A DNA stretch of 64,000 nucleotides. It comes from Amphiscolops sp. MND2022 (lineage: Eukaryota). Below are positions 1 to 13,248 of this stretch, piece after piece. The notes beneath the pieces are model-generated. The model was not told the origin of the DNA. It ran no database searches and was given only the letters and a program-made list of their open reading frames with translations. Numbering within the stretch: the first letter of the stretch is position 1; each line of letters opens with the position of its first letter. The translations under genes were made by a program, and so were the position numbers. The stretch is taken from the NCBI GenBank assembly GCA_964187785.1, contig OZ076421.1, forward strand, positions 7,626,001 to 7,690,000, given 5' to 3'.

Positions 1-1233
1 TTTTGTTAATTTTTTAGTTGTGAAAAAAGGCTAGTTTTTGATGATTTGATTGGTATTTTGTGAAAAAAGGTTAATTTTTTAATGGTTTTACGAACTTAAA
101 TTTTTTTTATATCAGGAACGGGAATTCGATTACTACTGCTGGAGCGTGAACACGCCATTGCCCTGTTCGTGCCGACCTATACGGACTGAAGGACCAAGAG
201 GGTTGCTGTCGCGTGAGTTGAAAGATTGAAAGAACCATTACTCAAGCTTATCCCGCTGAAAAAATTGACATTCTCGAACTACCCTGCCCGTGGGCTCACG
301 ACTTCACGTACTCGTACCGTACCATAAACCAGGTATCTAATGAGCTGTTACTGCCTTTCTCTGCAATATGGTGGCTTGGGAAAACCGCCCACAAATGATC
401 AAGTTGATGGACTCAGTTGGAGAATTGTCCGTTATTGATGACATATCCATCCGGTCGTTGCAACCGGACCATAAAAGTTTGTTACCCAGGTGCTACAGCT
501 GGTCAATGAATTTGTATTTGCTAGCGATATCTTATAATTTTACACGTATCTCGTTATTGCTCAAGGACAGCTCCAGATCCTAATTCGTTGGTTGAGGTCA
601 TATCCCACGAATCGTGACGCCCAAGAATTGGACTGTACAGCTGTGGATTTTGAGAGCTTCCCTTCAACATTGAGTTTATTGCTCACTGCAGTTTAGTTCT
701 GTGTTGTTCCTAGGAGTGGTTCAGGGACAGCCCTTGAAGAAACCCGCAGAGCAAATTTCTTGGGAGACGCCAGTTTCCTATGCTCCAATAGCTAGTCGAT
801 ATGACCCTGACCGGAGTTGTTCCAGTGCCCACCTTCGGGCCAATCAGAATATAATTCGGTGCCCAACGAAACCTCTGTCAGTTGGATACGAGTCATCACG
901 TCTATTGAGACTTACTTGCAAGGAGTGCAGCACATGAAATATGAACGTATGGTAACTGAGGTTTTGCAAGCTCCCATCCCCAACGCCTACACTACTATGA
1001 AAACTGTAAAACAAAAGGAAGAAAATTTGCTAAGAGTACTGCATACGGGCACCTGGGAAGAGTTTTAACATCTTAACATCTCCGAGGGCATGGGCCAGTC
1101 AACTGATACGCCCCCCCCCCCCCGAGAGACCTGAAGATTGTACCTTTTCGACTTAAGTGGTAAATGGAAGTCTTACGTAAGGCCATAAAAGCATTTGCGA
1201 GCTTGCGGAGGGGCCCCAGTGGACTCGCACAAT

Positions 1234-1584
1234 TCAATAACATGTGATTTCCAGAAGGTAGCTGTCGGAACGACTGTTAGCTTTTGTGGTTGCTACATTC
1301 AGTCTATTCTCTTCTCTGTTGTTAGAGGAAAACTGTTGCGTTAGAGTAAGGACAATGTTGGTAAGGTCTCCAATTTGTCTATTTATCGCGTTGAAGCGCT
1401 GATCAATACTATATCCATCAGTATTCCGTTGTCTATTTAGCAAGTCGTCAGTGTCAAGTTCGGTCATTTGATCTCTAGAGAGAATGTCTGGGAAGCTAGC
1501 TTCACTTTCGTTGTCGCTTGATCTATCCATGGCGCTGTTGTCTACTTCGCTAATCCTATTACTTTGCGATCTAGTTGTTACCAT
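1234..1584 (-). pseudogene. Possible N-terminal (gag/ORF1-like) fragment of a degenerate retroelement
   Basis: 116-aa ATG-started ORF (MVTTRS..., coiled-coil-like DQRFNAINRQIGDLTNIVLTL) after a long non-coding leader. No RT/INT motifs seen downstream and no convincing PBS. Confidence 0.3.
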
Positions 1585-2180
1585 GGAAAAGTTGGAAGGT
1601 TTTAAGTTGAATTGAGAATGTTGAGTGTTCTAGAATGATTCAATGATTTAAAGTTACAGTAGTCAAAGCAGCTAGTAACGTGGGAAGTTCACAATCTTGT
1701 GTCGTGTTCAGTTTTTCTGATGGTGTCGTTATAAACGCGTTTTAGCACCTTCTCACTAGTCAATAGTATTCTCTTTACTAATTGGTGTTAATTCGCACTC
1801 TACCTGTTTTCTTCTACTCTTGACGACCGGCTGATACCGTCGTCGCAGGTACTAGTTGGTGCGTTATTATTATCGTTTGAGGTTGTGTGACCGCATGCAC
1901 CGGTCATTATGACACGTAATTATATCAATTACCCAATAAGCTGAGGTTTTACTACTGCATATCTCAGTCGTCATGGCGACTGAGTTAATTGTTATTTGAC
2001 GATTGATTACTAAGTGAAATCGTACGAAGCACTAATACAAATGGAGGAAACGTTATGAATATGGAGAACCAGGTATTTCAGTAATACTTTGCATGTAACA
2101 TTAATATGATTAAATGGTTAAATATCAATGTAGCTGACGACTGTTTGTTCCAGTCTTATATGTGAGGGTATATGGTCAAA

Positions 2181-2304
2181 CACGGGATTAAAAGCACATT
2201 CTAGTAAAATGTTGCTGTTGACAACTGATGATTTCAGTCTTAAAGCACGGGATTAAAAGCACGTTCCAGTAAAATGTTGCTGTTGACGACTGATGATTTC
2301 AGTC
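2181..2304. repeat. Two-copy tandem duplication, period 65 bp
   Basis: cacgggattaaaagcac...ctgatgatttcagtc occurs at 2181-2239 and 2246-2304 with a few substitutions. Confidence 0.9.
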
Positions 2305-3903
2305 ATAATTTCATGTATTTCTAAACGATGCAAAATAAATATGATTGATATCGGTACATGTATTCATTGGCGACTGCTAGCTCCAGTGGTTATTTATTTA
2401 ACGGTATTGCTTGGTAACTAGTTCACTCTAATATATGCACACGGTGACTTGTGTTTTAGGGAGTTTGTGTGAAGGAATTAGTTTTTTGGAGTTTATTTAT
2501 TTCTCTCATGCTCAACGGGCATGACAGTAGTGGATGGCCCCGATTGGCAATAGCCTTGCTCGTTCCATTAGCTTTCACCAAGGACTGCTTGCAACACCAG
2601 CTACATTTTCAGGATTTGAATTGTGTGCATGAATGGAAAGAAGCATACGTCCTACAGCAAAGTTGGCCTCCTGAAGGCTTCATGACCATTACTGATGAGA
2701 TGATGCCTGTCGACTAACAAAGTTTCATCGATGTAAAGTTTCATCGAGGTCCACACTTAGATACTTTGGTGGACCAAACCTGAATGGTTGTCAAAACGTG
2801 TCGCTCTGGCTGCCGTGGAGACACGAAAACAGCGGTTAAGGTTGCTCAAAAAAGCGCGCTCTGTGGACATGTCCTTGGAACAACCACTGCTTGTGGACGT
2901 GCGGACGAGACAATAGACGACCCCACCAAGACTGCACCACTAACGGCATCGAGCAAGAAAGTGAGCTATAGGCGGAAACACCAGCTCAAACACCCCTAGA
3001 TCAACCAATCCAGGTCATGGCGCTGGACTTATCCATTGACGCCTCCAACGTCACAAAGAAGAGCCTCTAATAGCGCTCCTGATCGAGACGAGTCGCTCCT
3101 TGAGGAGTTCGCTGCAAAGACCCGTCAGCACCGTGACTCTTCTGTACGATGAGCAGACAACCAGTAAGTTAGAACTTCAGGGACGCAGTGCTCGTTGAAT
3201 ACAGTAGCCTAAAACTCATTTGTCTATTTATCGTTCAGAGATTTCCGGTCTATCCGAGTGCTATTTCATTCCTAATAGTTAGATATGTAGTACTCTGTAG
3301 TTAGATGATGTGATGTGGCATATGCGACATGGTAACAAAAGCGGCAGCCCAGGTTGATGCCACAATTTTTGCTGGTTTCAACGTGCGCGGCAAGCGGCGT
3401 ATCTAAGTTAAAATTAGCAGAGCGGAAGCATAATGTTTTAACGCAGTGTTTGCAGCGGCATTGTAACCCTCTAATCGTCAAATCTAGCGTCATGTGTCTT
3501 TGTAAGGAGCTTGCTAGCTCCCAGAGAAGAGACATTTTGTATCATCAAGACTGTTTCTGTTAAATGTTGGAAAGAACCTTTACTGGCAAAAGCTGCAAAC
3601 ATTTATTTTTACCTTTGTGCACCAATGCGTGGGAATGCTCAAGGTCGAGGCCTAGGTAGGGAACCTTGATTGACAGACTGGTGATGTATTCTCTGATGTT
3701 TGGATCAATGCAATGCACTGGTGTTATCCATCAACGCTCTGGAAATTGAATCTGCAGGCACAACTGTGCTGGTTCCCGCTGTGTTTGACGGGTGGGGGGG
3801 GGGGTTTGTCAATCGTGTACTCCGGGGAGTATATATAACGAACCCCCATTATCATTTTCTCGAACTGATTATCACACAATTTAAATGAACCACGTAAAAC
3901 ATT

Positions 3904-4103
3904 NNNNNNNNNNNNNNNNNNNNNNNNNNNNNNNNNNNNNNNNNNNNNNNNNNNNNNNNNNNNNNNNNNNNNNNNNNNNNNNNNNNNNNNNNNNNNNNNN
4001 NNNNNNNNNNNNNNNNNNNNNNNNNNNNNNNNNNNNNNNNNNNNNNNNNNNNNNNNNNNNNNNNNNNNNNNNNNNNNNNNNNNNNNNNNNNNNNNNNNNN
4101 NNN
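3904..4103. other. Assembly gap (200 N)
   Basis: Run of exactly 200 N. Confidence 1.
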
Positions 4104-5174
4104 ACATGCTTAACGGCTTTCTAAGCGTAACGGTTCGCTAAGCCATTACAAAGGTACCCGCTGATGGGAACGTGCAATTTTAGACCATACCTGTCAACAA
4201 ATACCTGTTATCAAAACATACCATAGGTATTCGGAAAAATCCCGTGAAAGATTGAAAAAATACCAAAATATAACATCATATCATCTAAAAAACATGGGAA
4301 AAACTCTGGGTAAATGTCTCCTTCCAGAACCAAATCGTTCTTGGTGTCAAACACCAGAGGGCCGGTAATTTTAAAACCATGAAGGAAAGCATCCCAAAGA
4401 CGATCCCTCTGTGGTCGCCAAAAAATGACGTCTCATGTAACTGCAAGCTGTTGTCGGTCGCTTAACACATTAACAGAGGTGGAGGAACCTGCAGGAATGG
4501 GTAAATCGCTCAGTACGGGCGCCCATCGCCACAGATCCAATTTGCCTCCAGGGGTGAAATGCGTCCGAGACCGTGGGGGCTTCGACGAATATTGTCCAAC
4601 CGGTCCTAGTCTTTGATTACTAATAGTAACGGGCATCTTCCTGACTCTCTGAAGACCACCGCTTAACTAGCTTGTAAAAACAATGCCAAGAATAAGGTAA
4701 ATTTCCAATTTCAGGGTGACATGGGTACTAAGTTAAAAAATGGGGAATAACGTCTAAAATGCCAAAATTAGCGCTTGAGCTAGCCAAAACCAGTGAAAAT
4801 ACATCAGATTAGGCACGAATATGGCAAACCACACAGCTACAAGTTGGGGCGCATGGGTTCCAAGCACAAAACAAGGATAATTAAGCCAAAAGACTCATTT
4901 TGCTGGTTTCCGCTACTTAAGGTAGCATAATGCTGAAATTAAAGAAAACAAGGGTTAGCACCTGAAAAAAGTCTTTTTTTCAGAGTTTTTTAGCGCATGG
5001 GCTTCTCCGTTCTCTGTCTTCTTGCTCGGTCGTCTCCGCGGGCGGCTTGCTTCGTCGTCTGAACTGATTTTGGACAGGTACTTTGGCCAAAACATGCTCA
5101 ATTTGCCACGTCAGATTTGAACGAATTTTGGTCGATTTTTCTGAAAACTCGTTGTACAACAGGCTTCCGTTACA
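4104..5174 (-). repeat. Left (3') LTR, truncated by gap
   Basis: Aligns by eye with 10745-11792 with scattered substitutions and small indels; ends ...gcttccgttaca. Confidence 0.8.
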
Positions 5175-6233
5175 TCCACTCTCCGGGTCTTAGGCATGAC
5201 GTCCCTGTCATGCGGAGAAGGTGGAAACATCTCCACATCATTGCAATCCACTGGGATTCAAACTGATGTTTTTTTGCAAGGGTCCAGTGGCACTGTCATT
5301 TTTCACTGATTGGGGAACCTTGAGCATAAAAATGTTCTAAACATTTGCAGGAACCTCCATCGTCCACAAACTGTTGAAACAGAGCTAGCCCTCGAGTTAG
5401 AAAAAAGCACTCAAAATGCACCTTGGAATTGATCAAACCCCAAAATAAAGCACCAATTTGTTAGCACAATTTTTTTGCACCAAATTTGAATAGGATCTTT
5501 CTAGCACAATGGTTGTTTGGACGCCTAAAATTTCTTTTTTGGAGTCCTCAGGCTCCAAAACGCACGTGGTTCTCATGGAAAACTTCCTTTCCACGGCAGT
5601 AAAAATCCAGTTTCCACAAGATTAAACGATGTTCTCGGTAAAACTTCTTTTCAGCGGAAAAACCACTGTTTAAAAGGAAAACAAGATGTTTTTTCGATAC
5701 ATTTTGTTAACAGTTTGGCTTGGTTTGGGCCACACGCACTGATGTGAAGCTCCATACCTGTAAATAGTTCAGTAGTATCGGTTAAGCTGCGTATAAGCAA
5801 ACTACGAACTACTCGCGAGTGTATGCACTGGAATGAAGTAGGCCAGAGTAGACAAAATCCAGCAATTAGGATATTTGGAGCGCGCGAGCTCCACAACTTT
5901 TGGGTGTCACGTTGAAACTTGGAGGAAAAACTGAAAACCTAGTGAAAATTTTACGCACAATTAAAAATAGCACCTTGTTGAGTCTATAGAATTTCTGGGT
6001 TACTCATTGAATTAACAGAAGTATTTGAACTCAAAGTTCTCAAGTAAAACTAAAAACAAAAACGTCGCGACGTACGTTCACATGACTACTAAAGTTACGA
6101 AATAAAGTAGCAGAAAAAACTGCTCCAATAAGAACATCACGCTGCAAGATGTCCGTTACCAAACGTAGTGATCTCCTCCGGGCGTTGTCCCATTGAGTTG
6201 AAGAGTGTTGAGCCTTAGTTGACTCCCCGGGTC

Positions 6234-7303
6234 TTAGTCGTTGAGCACCCTCCTTGATATGAGGATAGCAGGAATTAGACAAAAAATAATGCCCAATACC
6301 CAAAATGCAGAACGATAAGTTGGGTCTTGAACACGATCTTGGATAGTTATTCGGCGGGCGGCCACGCGTATGTCCCTTCGGTCGGTGTGACCATGACAGT
6401 AGAAGAGTTTCCACAGCTGAGCGTGGTGGACGACCACGACGACGTCCGTCATAAAAAGATCGGAGCACTTTTTGCCATGAGTGCTCACAAGGAGTGCGCG
6501 GTGGTCGACAACGTCTAAGTCCAGCTGGTCGAGTTTTAGCTGAACCACCAGGCAAGCCTCTGACGAAGATTGGTGAGTTTGCCAAAATAATATTCTGCAG
6601 ACCATGTTTGGCAGAACGTGGCACAAAAGTTTCTTTCAAAAAATCTGGCAGCAACTTCGAAATTGATAATGGGGACCGAATCCATTGGAGTTGTCGATGG
6701 GTGATTTTGAAGAAGGTTTGGTGTTGGTGCTATTTCAGCTTCCAACACAGCATTGGCAGATAGAATCCTCGTTCCGCAATTTGTTGCAGAGCAAGAATTT
6801 GGAGTTGAGGATTCCCTCTCCCCCTTCAATGATGAAGTGGAGGGTAAGGTTGTTATCAGTTCATCTTCCGTATCACTTGTGCAGGGGTTGCCCTCAAGCA
6901 ACCTATTGTCATCAGCATTGTTTAGTTGGACTGCACTGACACCCTCTTCCCCCTTGAAAAAGGAACAGAAGCGGCCTAGGACCTTCCACAAATTCATTCC
7001 AGCTTCAGATAGGTTCAAACTGCCTGACTAGAACTCTTTTGTACCCAAAATTAGTCTCAGGGTCACAGTCAAGATGAGTTGTAAGGGTCACAGCGTGCTG
7101 AAAATTGCTCCACGCCTTCCATGCTGTGCGTTGAGCTGGAAAATTGTGCGCTCGAGCACAATGATGCTGTCGTGTCGGATAGTGTACACGAAACAAACAG
7201 TCGAGCTGTCTATTGACCTCTCAACCTCAAGCAATTTGAGTGTGTTGCAATCACCCAAAAGTGTTCTCTGCAGAAGTGACCTACTAATCGGTTTTTGTTT
7301 CAC
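6234..7303 (-). pseudogene. Degenerate cargo ORF inside the LTR element (possible Ulp1/C48-like C-terminal part)
   Basis: ORFs 7088-7303 and 6536-7018 are in the same frame, separated by two stops, and 6234-6626 follows after a frameshift. The segment KKCSDLFMTDVVVVVHHAQLWKLFYC loosely resembles the Ulp1 'DIF..DLIIVPIH...HW.L' region but lacks the catalytic His. Confidence 0.3.
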
Positions 7304-9605
7304 CTGGCATAGCAGAAAAACACCGCATTAGGGCACCAGAGTGGTCAAAAAGGGTTCACACTCGGGCAACTTGGTTAAATTTTTGTCTCGAGGAGGTGAC
7401 TCCTCTCAAAATCTTGTGACTTTGGTTAAGTTGGATCCCTCAGGGTAGTTTCAGGAATTTCAAACCCCGGTTTGGGCTCTCAGCGTAACGCCTTGAGACG
7501 TTCTCAATGAAAAAATTCAGTCGGAAGTGCGTCGCAATCAATTAAAACCTCCGATTGAGACTTTATCAGAACCAAATTTCAAAGTTTTGGTGGAGTCAAA
7601 ACTTATGACCCATGCCGGCAATTTTTTTGAACCGTGGGATTTGCCTCCTTTGCACCCAGGAAGACCTACCAGGTCCGTTTGGTTGGAAAATGAAAAATTT
7701 TGGTATCTGCCTTCCGTACAAAGGGAGTACTAAGCTTTTATATTTTCGTTTTTCCGACGGTTTTTCGGGATTTTAGCCCAAACGTGTCTCTGAGCACAGT
7801 CAAATTCTGTTCTATCGGGTGTAGTGGGTGGAAAACTGCGCAGCGTGTTTGCTTAGTCACACAAGTTGGAAAAGTAACCTGACTAAGCTGATAAATACTT
7901 CCAGCTACAAGCTAAAGACTTTTTTCCCAATTTTTTGAAATTTTCAATGTTTTTGAAAATTACTCAAGTGGCTCGTACTAAGAGTGGAAACGTAGGATCG
8001 GGCTCAAAATTTTGCCACACGGTCTCTCGTATAACCAGGTGCACTGCAATTAGCACCGATGGGGTCTCAGACTATTGGATCAGTTTCAGACACAGTACAG
8101 GCTTTCCGTATCGACGTGTCTCAACTGATACGATTTTTCAGTGTGCAACCAATGACTCACGTCCACAATGCTGAGCTCTCGAGCGCACTTTTTCAACAAC
8201 AGTGCACCAAATGACACTGACAACAATGTGGTCCCAGAGCAATGTGGTCCCAATTTTCCGATGAGGTGCGCCGATAACTCCCAAAAATGGTCCAATTCGT
8301 TACAATACACAGGATATCACAACTGTAAGTAACAAAATGCTATGTCCCAGCAAAGCAGCACAGTCAATACTGGCCACAAATTGCACGTATAGCAATGAAT
8401 TCACGACCAAGAGTTCTGACAAGGGGGTTTTCCGCAGGTTTCTAACACGTATGGCTGGGTTTAGTCCCACTTTCCAAGTTTTCGTCTCGGTGAACCCTTA
8501 AGCCAGAATAAAGAAATGCACGTCTCAAGTTGGTCGAAATCACTTCTGTGGGTCGGAGCGAGTTCAAATTTTCTCACGCAGTTGATACCAACCCACAAGT
8601 CCAGAAAATGAGTTTGGTTCAGAGTAACACGTTCTCTGAGACAAGCACGTGACGTTTACACAACAAATTTTGAACTTTCTCGGAGAGTACAAAAAACACA
8701 AGTTGCTCGGATTCGTCACTCGACAGCCGGATCTGGCTCAAAATTGACCAGGGGATCCTGCACACATGTAGGTACACGGAATTGAGCGCTGATTTGGGCT
8801 CCGAGGCTTGTACACACTTTCCCCTGGGTACAGACGTGCGGTACTCCTGTGTATCAGTAGGGGTCAAAATGCACTCTAATCAAACAATTTCTGAGCACTG
8901 GTTGCAGTCAGCATTCTGGTTTTTCCGCTAGCAGTGTGCCAACTGGTACCAGTTACGTCAGTGGGCGGCAATTCGTTCTCACTCTACGACTAAGGTATCC
9001 TGGTCTTTCCAAAAAATGTTGAAAAAACGGCCTTTTTGTACCAGTTTTTGTGCAGTACGTTTCCGTCTATTTCCCGATGACTACTGCATCGATCGGCACG
9101 AAACTTGATACACGTTCCAAGTGGGCACCCACAATGCTGGTATCACAGCTCAATGGAAGCTCTCGAGTTTACCGGGAACTTGGGCTCGGCGTGGACACGA
9201 TCTTAGAAAAAACGGTCTTTTTTGACGCTTTTTTCACAAATCAGCTAAGAGGGTCGACACTACAAATGTTACGGCATGGTCAGTGGGGTTAACGCGTTGC
9301 CCCCGTGGTTACAGTACTGCCACAAGCCCTCAATTAGCCGTGCCCGTTAGGTATAAGGCACTGTCGCTCCTACAGTTTTAGAAAATTTCGGATATTTTAG
9401 CTAGTTCTGATGTCGAAACGTCAGAGAGCTTTTCTCAACATTAATTGGCGCTAGGCTCACCAAATTTTTGGCACTAGCGTGTATTTTGGCGGTAGTTACG
9501 AAAATGCAACCAGTTTTTAGCTAGGGTTTGGGTATCAATGACCCGACCCTAACAATTGGACAGTCCGGTTCTGTAGAAATTTGGCCAAATTCAGTGCGTT
9601 TTTCC

Positions 9606-9965
9606 ACTTTTCTCAGCACTGAATGGGAGTTTTTACATGCGGTTTTCACCACTACACGTTATTTTTTAAAGAAAAACAGGAAATGAGAGCGCATAGGCTC
9701 CTAGCTAACAAAAAGACGGATTGCCCTGGGGGTTTTAATTGTGTACTCAGACACTCCTGAAACTGACTAAAAATCAAGGTTTTTCAACTTTTCTCAGCAC
9801 TGAAATGGAATTTTTGCACGCGGTTTTCACCACAATGCGTTATTTTTTTGTAAAAACAGAAAATGAGAGCGCATAGGCTCCCAGGACTCGAAAACACTAA
9901 GTGCCCTAGAGGTTTTAATTATGCATTCTGGCACTCTTGAAACTGGCCAAAAATCAAGGTTTTTC
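9606..9965. repeat. Two diverged ~181-bp tandem copies in the LTR element's leader
   Basis: acttttctcagcactg...aaaaatcaaggtttttc starts at 9606 and 9787. Confidence 0.85.
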
Positions 9966-10737
9966 GACCGGTGATCACTAAGATAAACGTTACCAACTCG
10001 TTTGAATCCTGTTTTTGGTACTGTGGAGTGTGCCCCAAACTAATAGCAGCATGGAAGAGGCAATTACATCACTATTTGGCACTCTCCCAGTAGCAATTCA
10101 TGGTGGTTTTTTGCCAATTTCGCCAAAAACCGGGTTTTTTCATACAAAATGCGTCCCGAAAAGGACTCCAACGGCCTTTCTAATGGACTTGACATTATCT
10201 AACAGTACCCTAAAAGTTTTTAGCTGCTTCCCAACTTTTTTTGCAACTTCTGTGAAAAAAATCTAGAGCGCCTAGGCTCATACCAAGAAAAACACTCAAA
10301 AATTGACGTTTCTGCTACTTTTGCACACAAAATCGGACTTTTCTCACTGAAAACGGTTGCAAAAGCACACACTAGGTTGCAACAGGGAAAAACTAGCATG
10401 AACAAATGATTCCCCATCAAAAATTACACCATCGAAAAAATTTTTCATACCATACTACAAAAAATTGATTCTTCCGGAATGAGGGGTGGTACCTTCGTCG
10501 TCTTTTTTCTCAACACCCAGACCAGCTAGAGAGAAACGGTTTGCACTGTCGGCAACGTCAACACTTGTTCTACCTTTCCATCAAATCCCATCCTCATATG
10601 ACGTCTGTAGCAGAAATGGGAGAGGAGAGTCGGGAACACTCGTTTCAGCTCATCTATCAGTCAGATGGAATATGGCTCATCCATCAATTGAATACCTCGT
10701 ACACAGCCAAAAACGCTGAAATGAGCTACAAAACACC

Positions 10738-11792
10738 TGTTACGACATGCGTAACGGCTTTCTAGTGGTTCGCTAAGCCATTACAAAGGTACCCGCTGAT
10801 GGGAACGTGCAATTTTAGACCATACCTGTCAACAAATACCTGTTATCAAAACATACCATAGGTATTCGGAAAAATCCCGTGAAAGATTGGAAAAATACCA
10901 AAATATAACATCATATCATCTAAAAAACATGGAAAAACTCTGGGTAAACGTCTCCTTCCAGAGCCAAATCGTTCTTGGTGTCAAACACCAGAGGGCCGGT
11001 AATTTTAAAACCATGAAGGAAAGCTTCCCAAAGACGATCCCTCTGTGGTCGCCAAAAAATGACGTCTCATGTAACGGCAAGCTGTTGTCGGTCGCTTACC
11101 ACGTTAACAGAGGTGGAGGAACCTGCAGGAATGGGTAGATCGCTCGGGACGGGCGCCCATCGCCACAGATCCATTTTGCCTCCAGGGGTGAAATACGTCC
11201 CGAGGCCGTGGGTGCTTCGACGAATACTGTCCAACTGGTCCTAGTCTTTGATTGCTAGTAGTAACGGGCATCTTCCTGACAGGGCAGCTTGTAAAAACGA
11301 TGCCAAGAATAAGGTAAATTTCCAATTTCAGGGTGGCATGGGTACTAAGTTCTAAAATGGGGAATAACGTCTAAAATGCCAAAACTAGCGCTTGAGCTAG
11401 CCAAAACCAGTGAAAATACATCAGATTAGGCACGAATATGGCAAACCACACAGCTACAAGTTGGGGCGCATGGGCTCCAAGCACCAAACAAGGATAATTA
11501 AGCCAAAATAATCATTTTGCTGGTTTCCGCTACTTAAGGTAGCATAATGCTGAAATTAAAGAAAACCAGGGTTAGCACCTGAAAAAGAGTCTTTTTTTAG
11601 AGTTTTTTTAGCGCATGGGCTTCTCCGTTCCTTGTCTTCTCGCTCGGTCGTCTCCGCGGGCGGCTTGCTTCGTCGTCTGAACTGATTTTTGACAGGTACT
11701 TTGGCCAAAACATGCTCAATTTGCCACGTCAGATTTGAACGACTTTTGGTCGATTTTTCTGAAAACTCGTTGTACAACAGGCTTCCGTTACA
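10738..11792 (-). repeat. Right (5') LTR
   Basis: TGTTACG...CGTTACA termini; second copy of the 4104-5174 repeat. Confidence 0.8.
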
Positions 11793-11807
11793 TATTATGT
11801 TAGTTTG

Positions 11808-12351
11808 CCTAGTGTAAAAACTCTTGGAACTCTTGATAAGAATCTTGGATATTCCTGGATTTCTTGCCAAGATTCTCACCAAGAAATCCACGCCTTTGCG
11901 AGACCTTGCAAGATCGTGCCAAGAAATTCAAGAGAAGAACTAACAAAAGTGAATGAAAACAAACTAAAGACGACGCCAACTGCAGCTTGATCAGCGTACC
12001 TATTATGCCGCAGCTTTCCGCGCTACCAACCAAGCTATCACGTTCTGAATTTCACTATTTTGTGTTGTCCTATATCCAATACTTCAAAGAATGATAGTGC
12101 ACAACAACATAGTGTAAGCTGGTAGTGCAAACAACAGCAAAGTAGTTGTAAACAAAATAGCTGTTTGTTTTACAACTTTATCATTCTCTTGACACTCTTG
12201 ATAAGACTCTTACCAAGAATACTATCAAGAATTTCAAGAGGTTTGTGTGAAGCAAGAATAAACAAGATCTTATCAAGACTTTCAAGAGTAAACGAGAATA
12301 TGTAAGAATATGCAAGATCTTGGCAAGAGTTCTGAGAGTTTTTACACTGGG
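11808..12351. mobile_element. MITE with ~40-bp imperfect TIRs
   Basis: Left cctagtgtaaaaactcttggaactcttg; right end reverse-complements to cccagtgtaaaaactctcagaactcttg. Interior rich in caaga/tcttg motifs. No clear TSD. Confidence 0.7.
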
Positions 12352-12717
12352 TGGTTAGTGTCGTCTATACCACGATGAGGCTGCAGAAAAAAATGGACAC
12401 TTTTGTAAAATTGTGGTATGCTGCTTTTTTTCTAAAACATATCTGATGAAAACGTTTTGTATTAGAGTAAATAGTTCAGCTCGTACAGCGAAAACTCATA
12501 TCAGGCGACCACTCATATCAATAAAAACTCATATCTCATAAACTCATGACTCAGAAAATCAAGTTCTTCATTAGAGAAAGTGTGAGAAATTTTTCCAAAT
12601 GTTTCGCTAAATAATTAGAGAAAAAAAGTTGATTAATAGGCAACTTAAGAAATTATAGAAAATAACAAATTTTACTGTACTTATCAGTGCCACGGATAAT
12701 TCTACATTGTCACACCG

Positions 12718-13248
12718 TCACCAAGAATAAAAAGCGTTGGGGTAGAGATCGAACTCTGGCTTGTTTTTTTGATATTCTAGTTCAGAATGCATCTGGCATG
12801 CAGCACAGATAGGGCAACATATTACAGTGCAAAGATCATAGGGGTGTGTTTCGAGTCGGAATCTTTCAACAAAATAATTACGTATGTAACAATAACCAAT
12901 AGAATTCGCGATGTAATGAATCCCCAGGACAGCAGCAAAAAGACCAAGAACATTTGGAGGGAGCACTTCCACTCCAACAATGCGAAGAAGGGTGATAAAG
13001 GAAAGAAGACAAAATAACAACTTCAGTGAGAGCAAATGAATGCGAAAACGAAACCAAATTTTTCTACTGTCGGTGATAGCCTTCACCATTTTAATGATGG
13101 TTATTTCCATACATACAGCTGTTATAATTAATGTTTTTTTGTCAGTTTTCCAGCATGCTAGCAGCGGTTGTTGCCATTTGTAGAGCTCTTCGTTATTTGG
13201 ATTCGTGCTTGGTGGAGACAGAAAACAGTTGCATAAGTTGGTTTGAGC
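12718..13248 (-). CDS. PLAC8/cornifelin-family Cys-rich membrane protein (terminal coding exon)
   Basis: The open frame extends upstream of the listed ATG to an AG acceptor at 13249-13250. It reads ...KWQQPLLACWKTDKKTLIITAVC... (PLAC8 N-motif), two hydrophobic stretches, and IRNYF..RF...DLCTVICCPICAACQMHSEL (PLAC8 CCxxCxxCQ..EL motif). Upstream exon(s) not located. Confidence 0.8.
   Translation of the reverse strand, partial: AQTNLCNCFLSPPSTNPNNEELYKWQQPLLACWKTDKKTLIITAVCMEITIIKMVKAITDSRKIWFRFRIHLLSLKLLFCLLSFITLLRIVGVEVLPPNVLGLFAAVLGIHYIANSIGYCYIRNYFVERFRLETHPYDLCTVICCPICAACQMHSELEYQKNKPEFDLYPNAFYSW

Larger units (their letters stand above)
4104..11792 (-). mobile_element. LTR-bounded element (~7.7 kb) lacking recognisable gag-pol (LARD-like)
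   Basis: ~1.05-kb direct repeats at 4104-5174 and 10738-11792. The intact right copy runs TGTTACG...CGTTACA (TG..CA). A minus-strand purine tract ccggagagtgga (5175-5186) abuts the left copy and gives the orientation. The left LTR is cut by the gap about 7 bp short of its end, so the TSD cannot be checked. Confidence 0.7.

Noticed and set aside
1963-1984. Hairpin ctcagtcg-tcatgg-cgactgag within a possible LTR (1912-2100)
   Set aside because: An 8-bp stem can arise by chance; no partner LTR or PBS found in the window.
2590-2720. Bel/Pao C-terminal 'RPTAKLA' remnant, and TGGTCCTTC PBS-like site at ~190-198 (minus)
   Set aside because: Too short, and on inconsistent strands, to define an element.
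3724-4124. ORFs spanning the N run
   Set aside because: Artefacts of translating the assembly gap.
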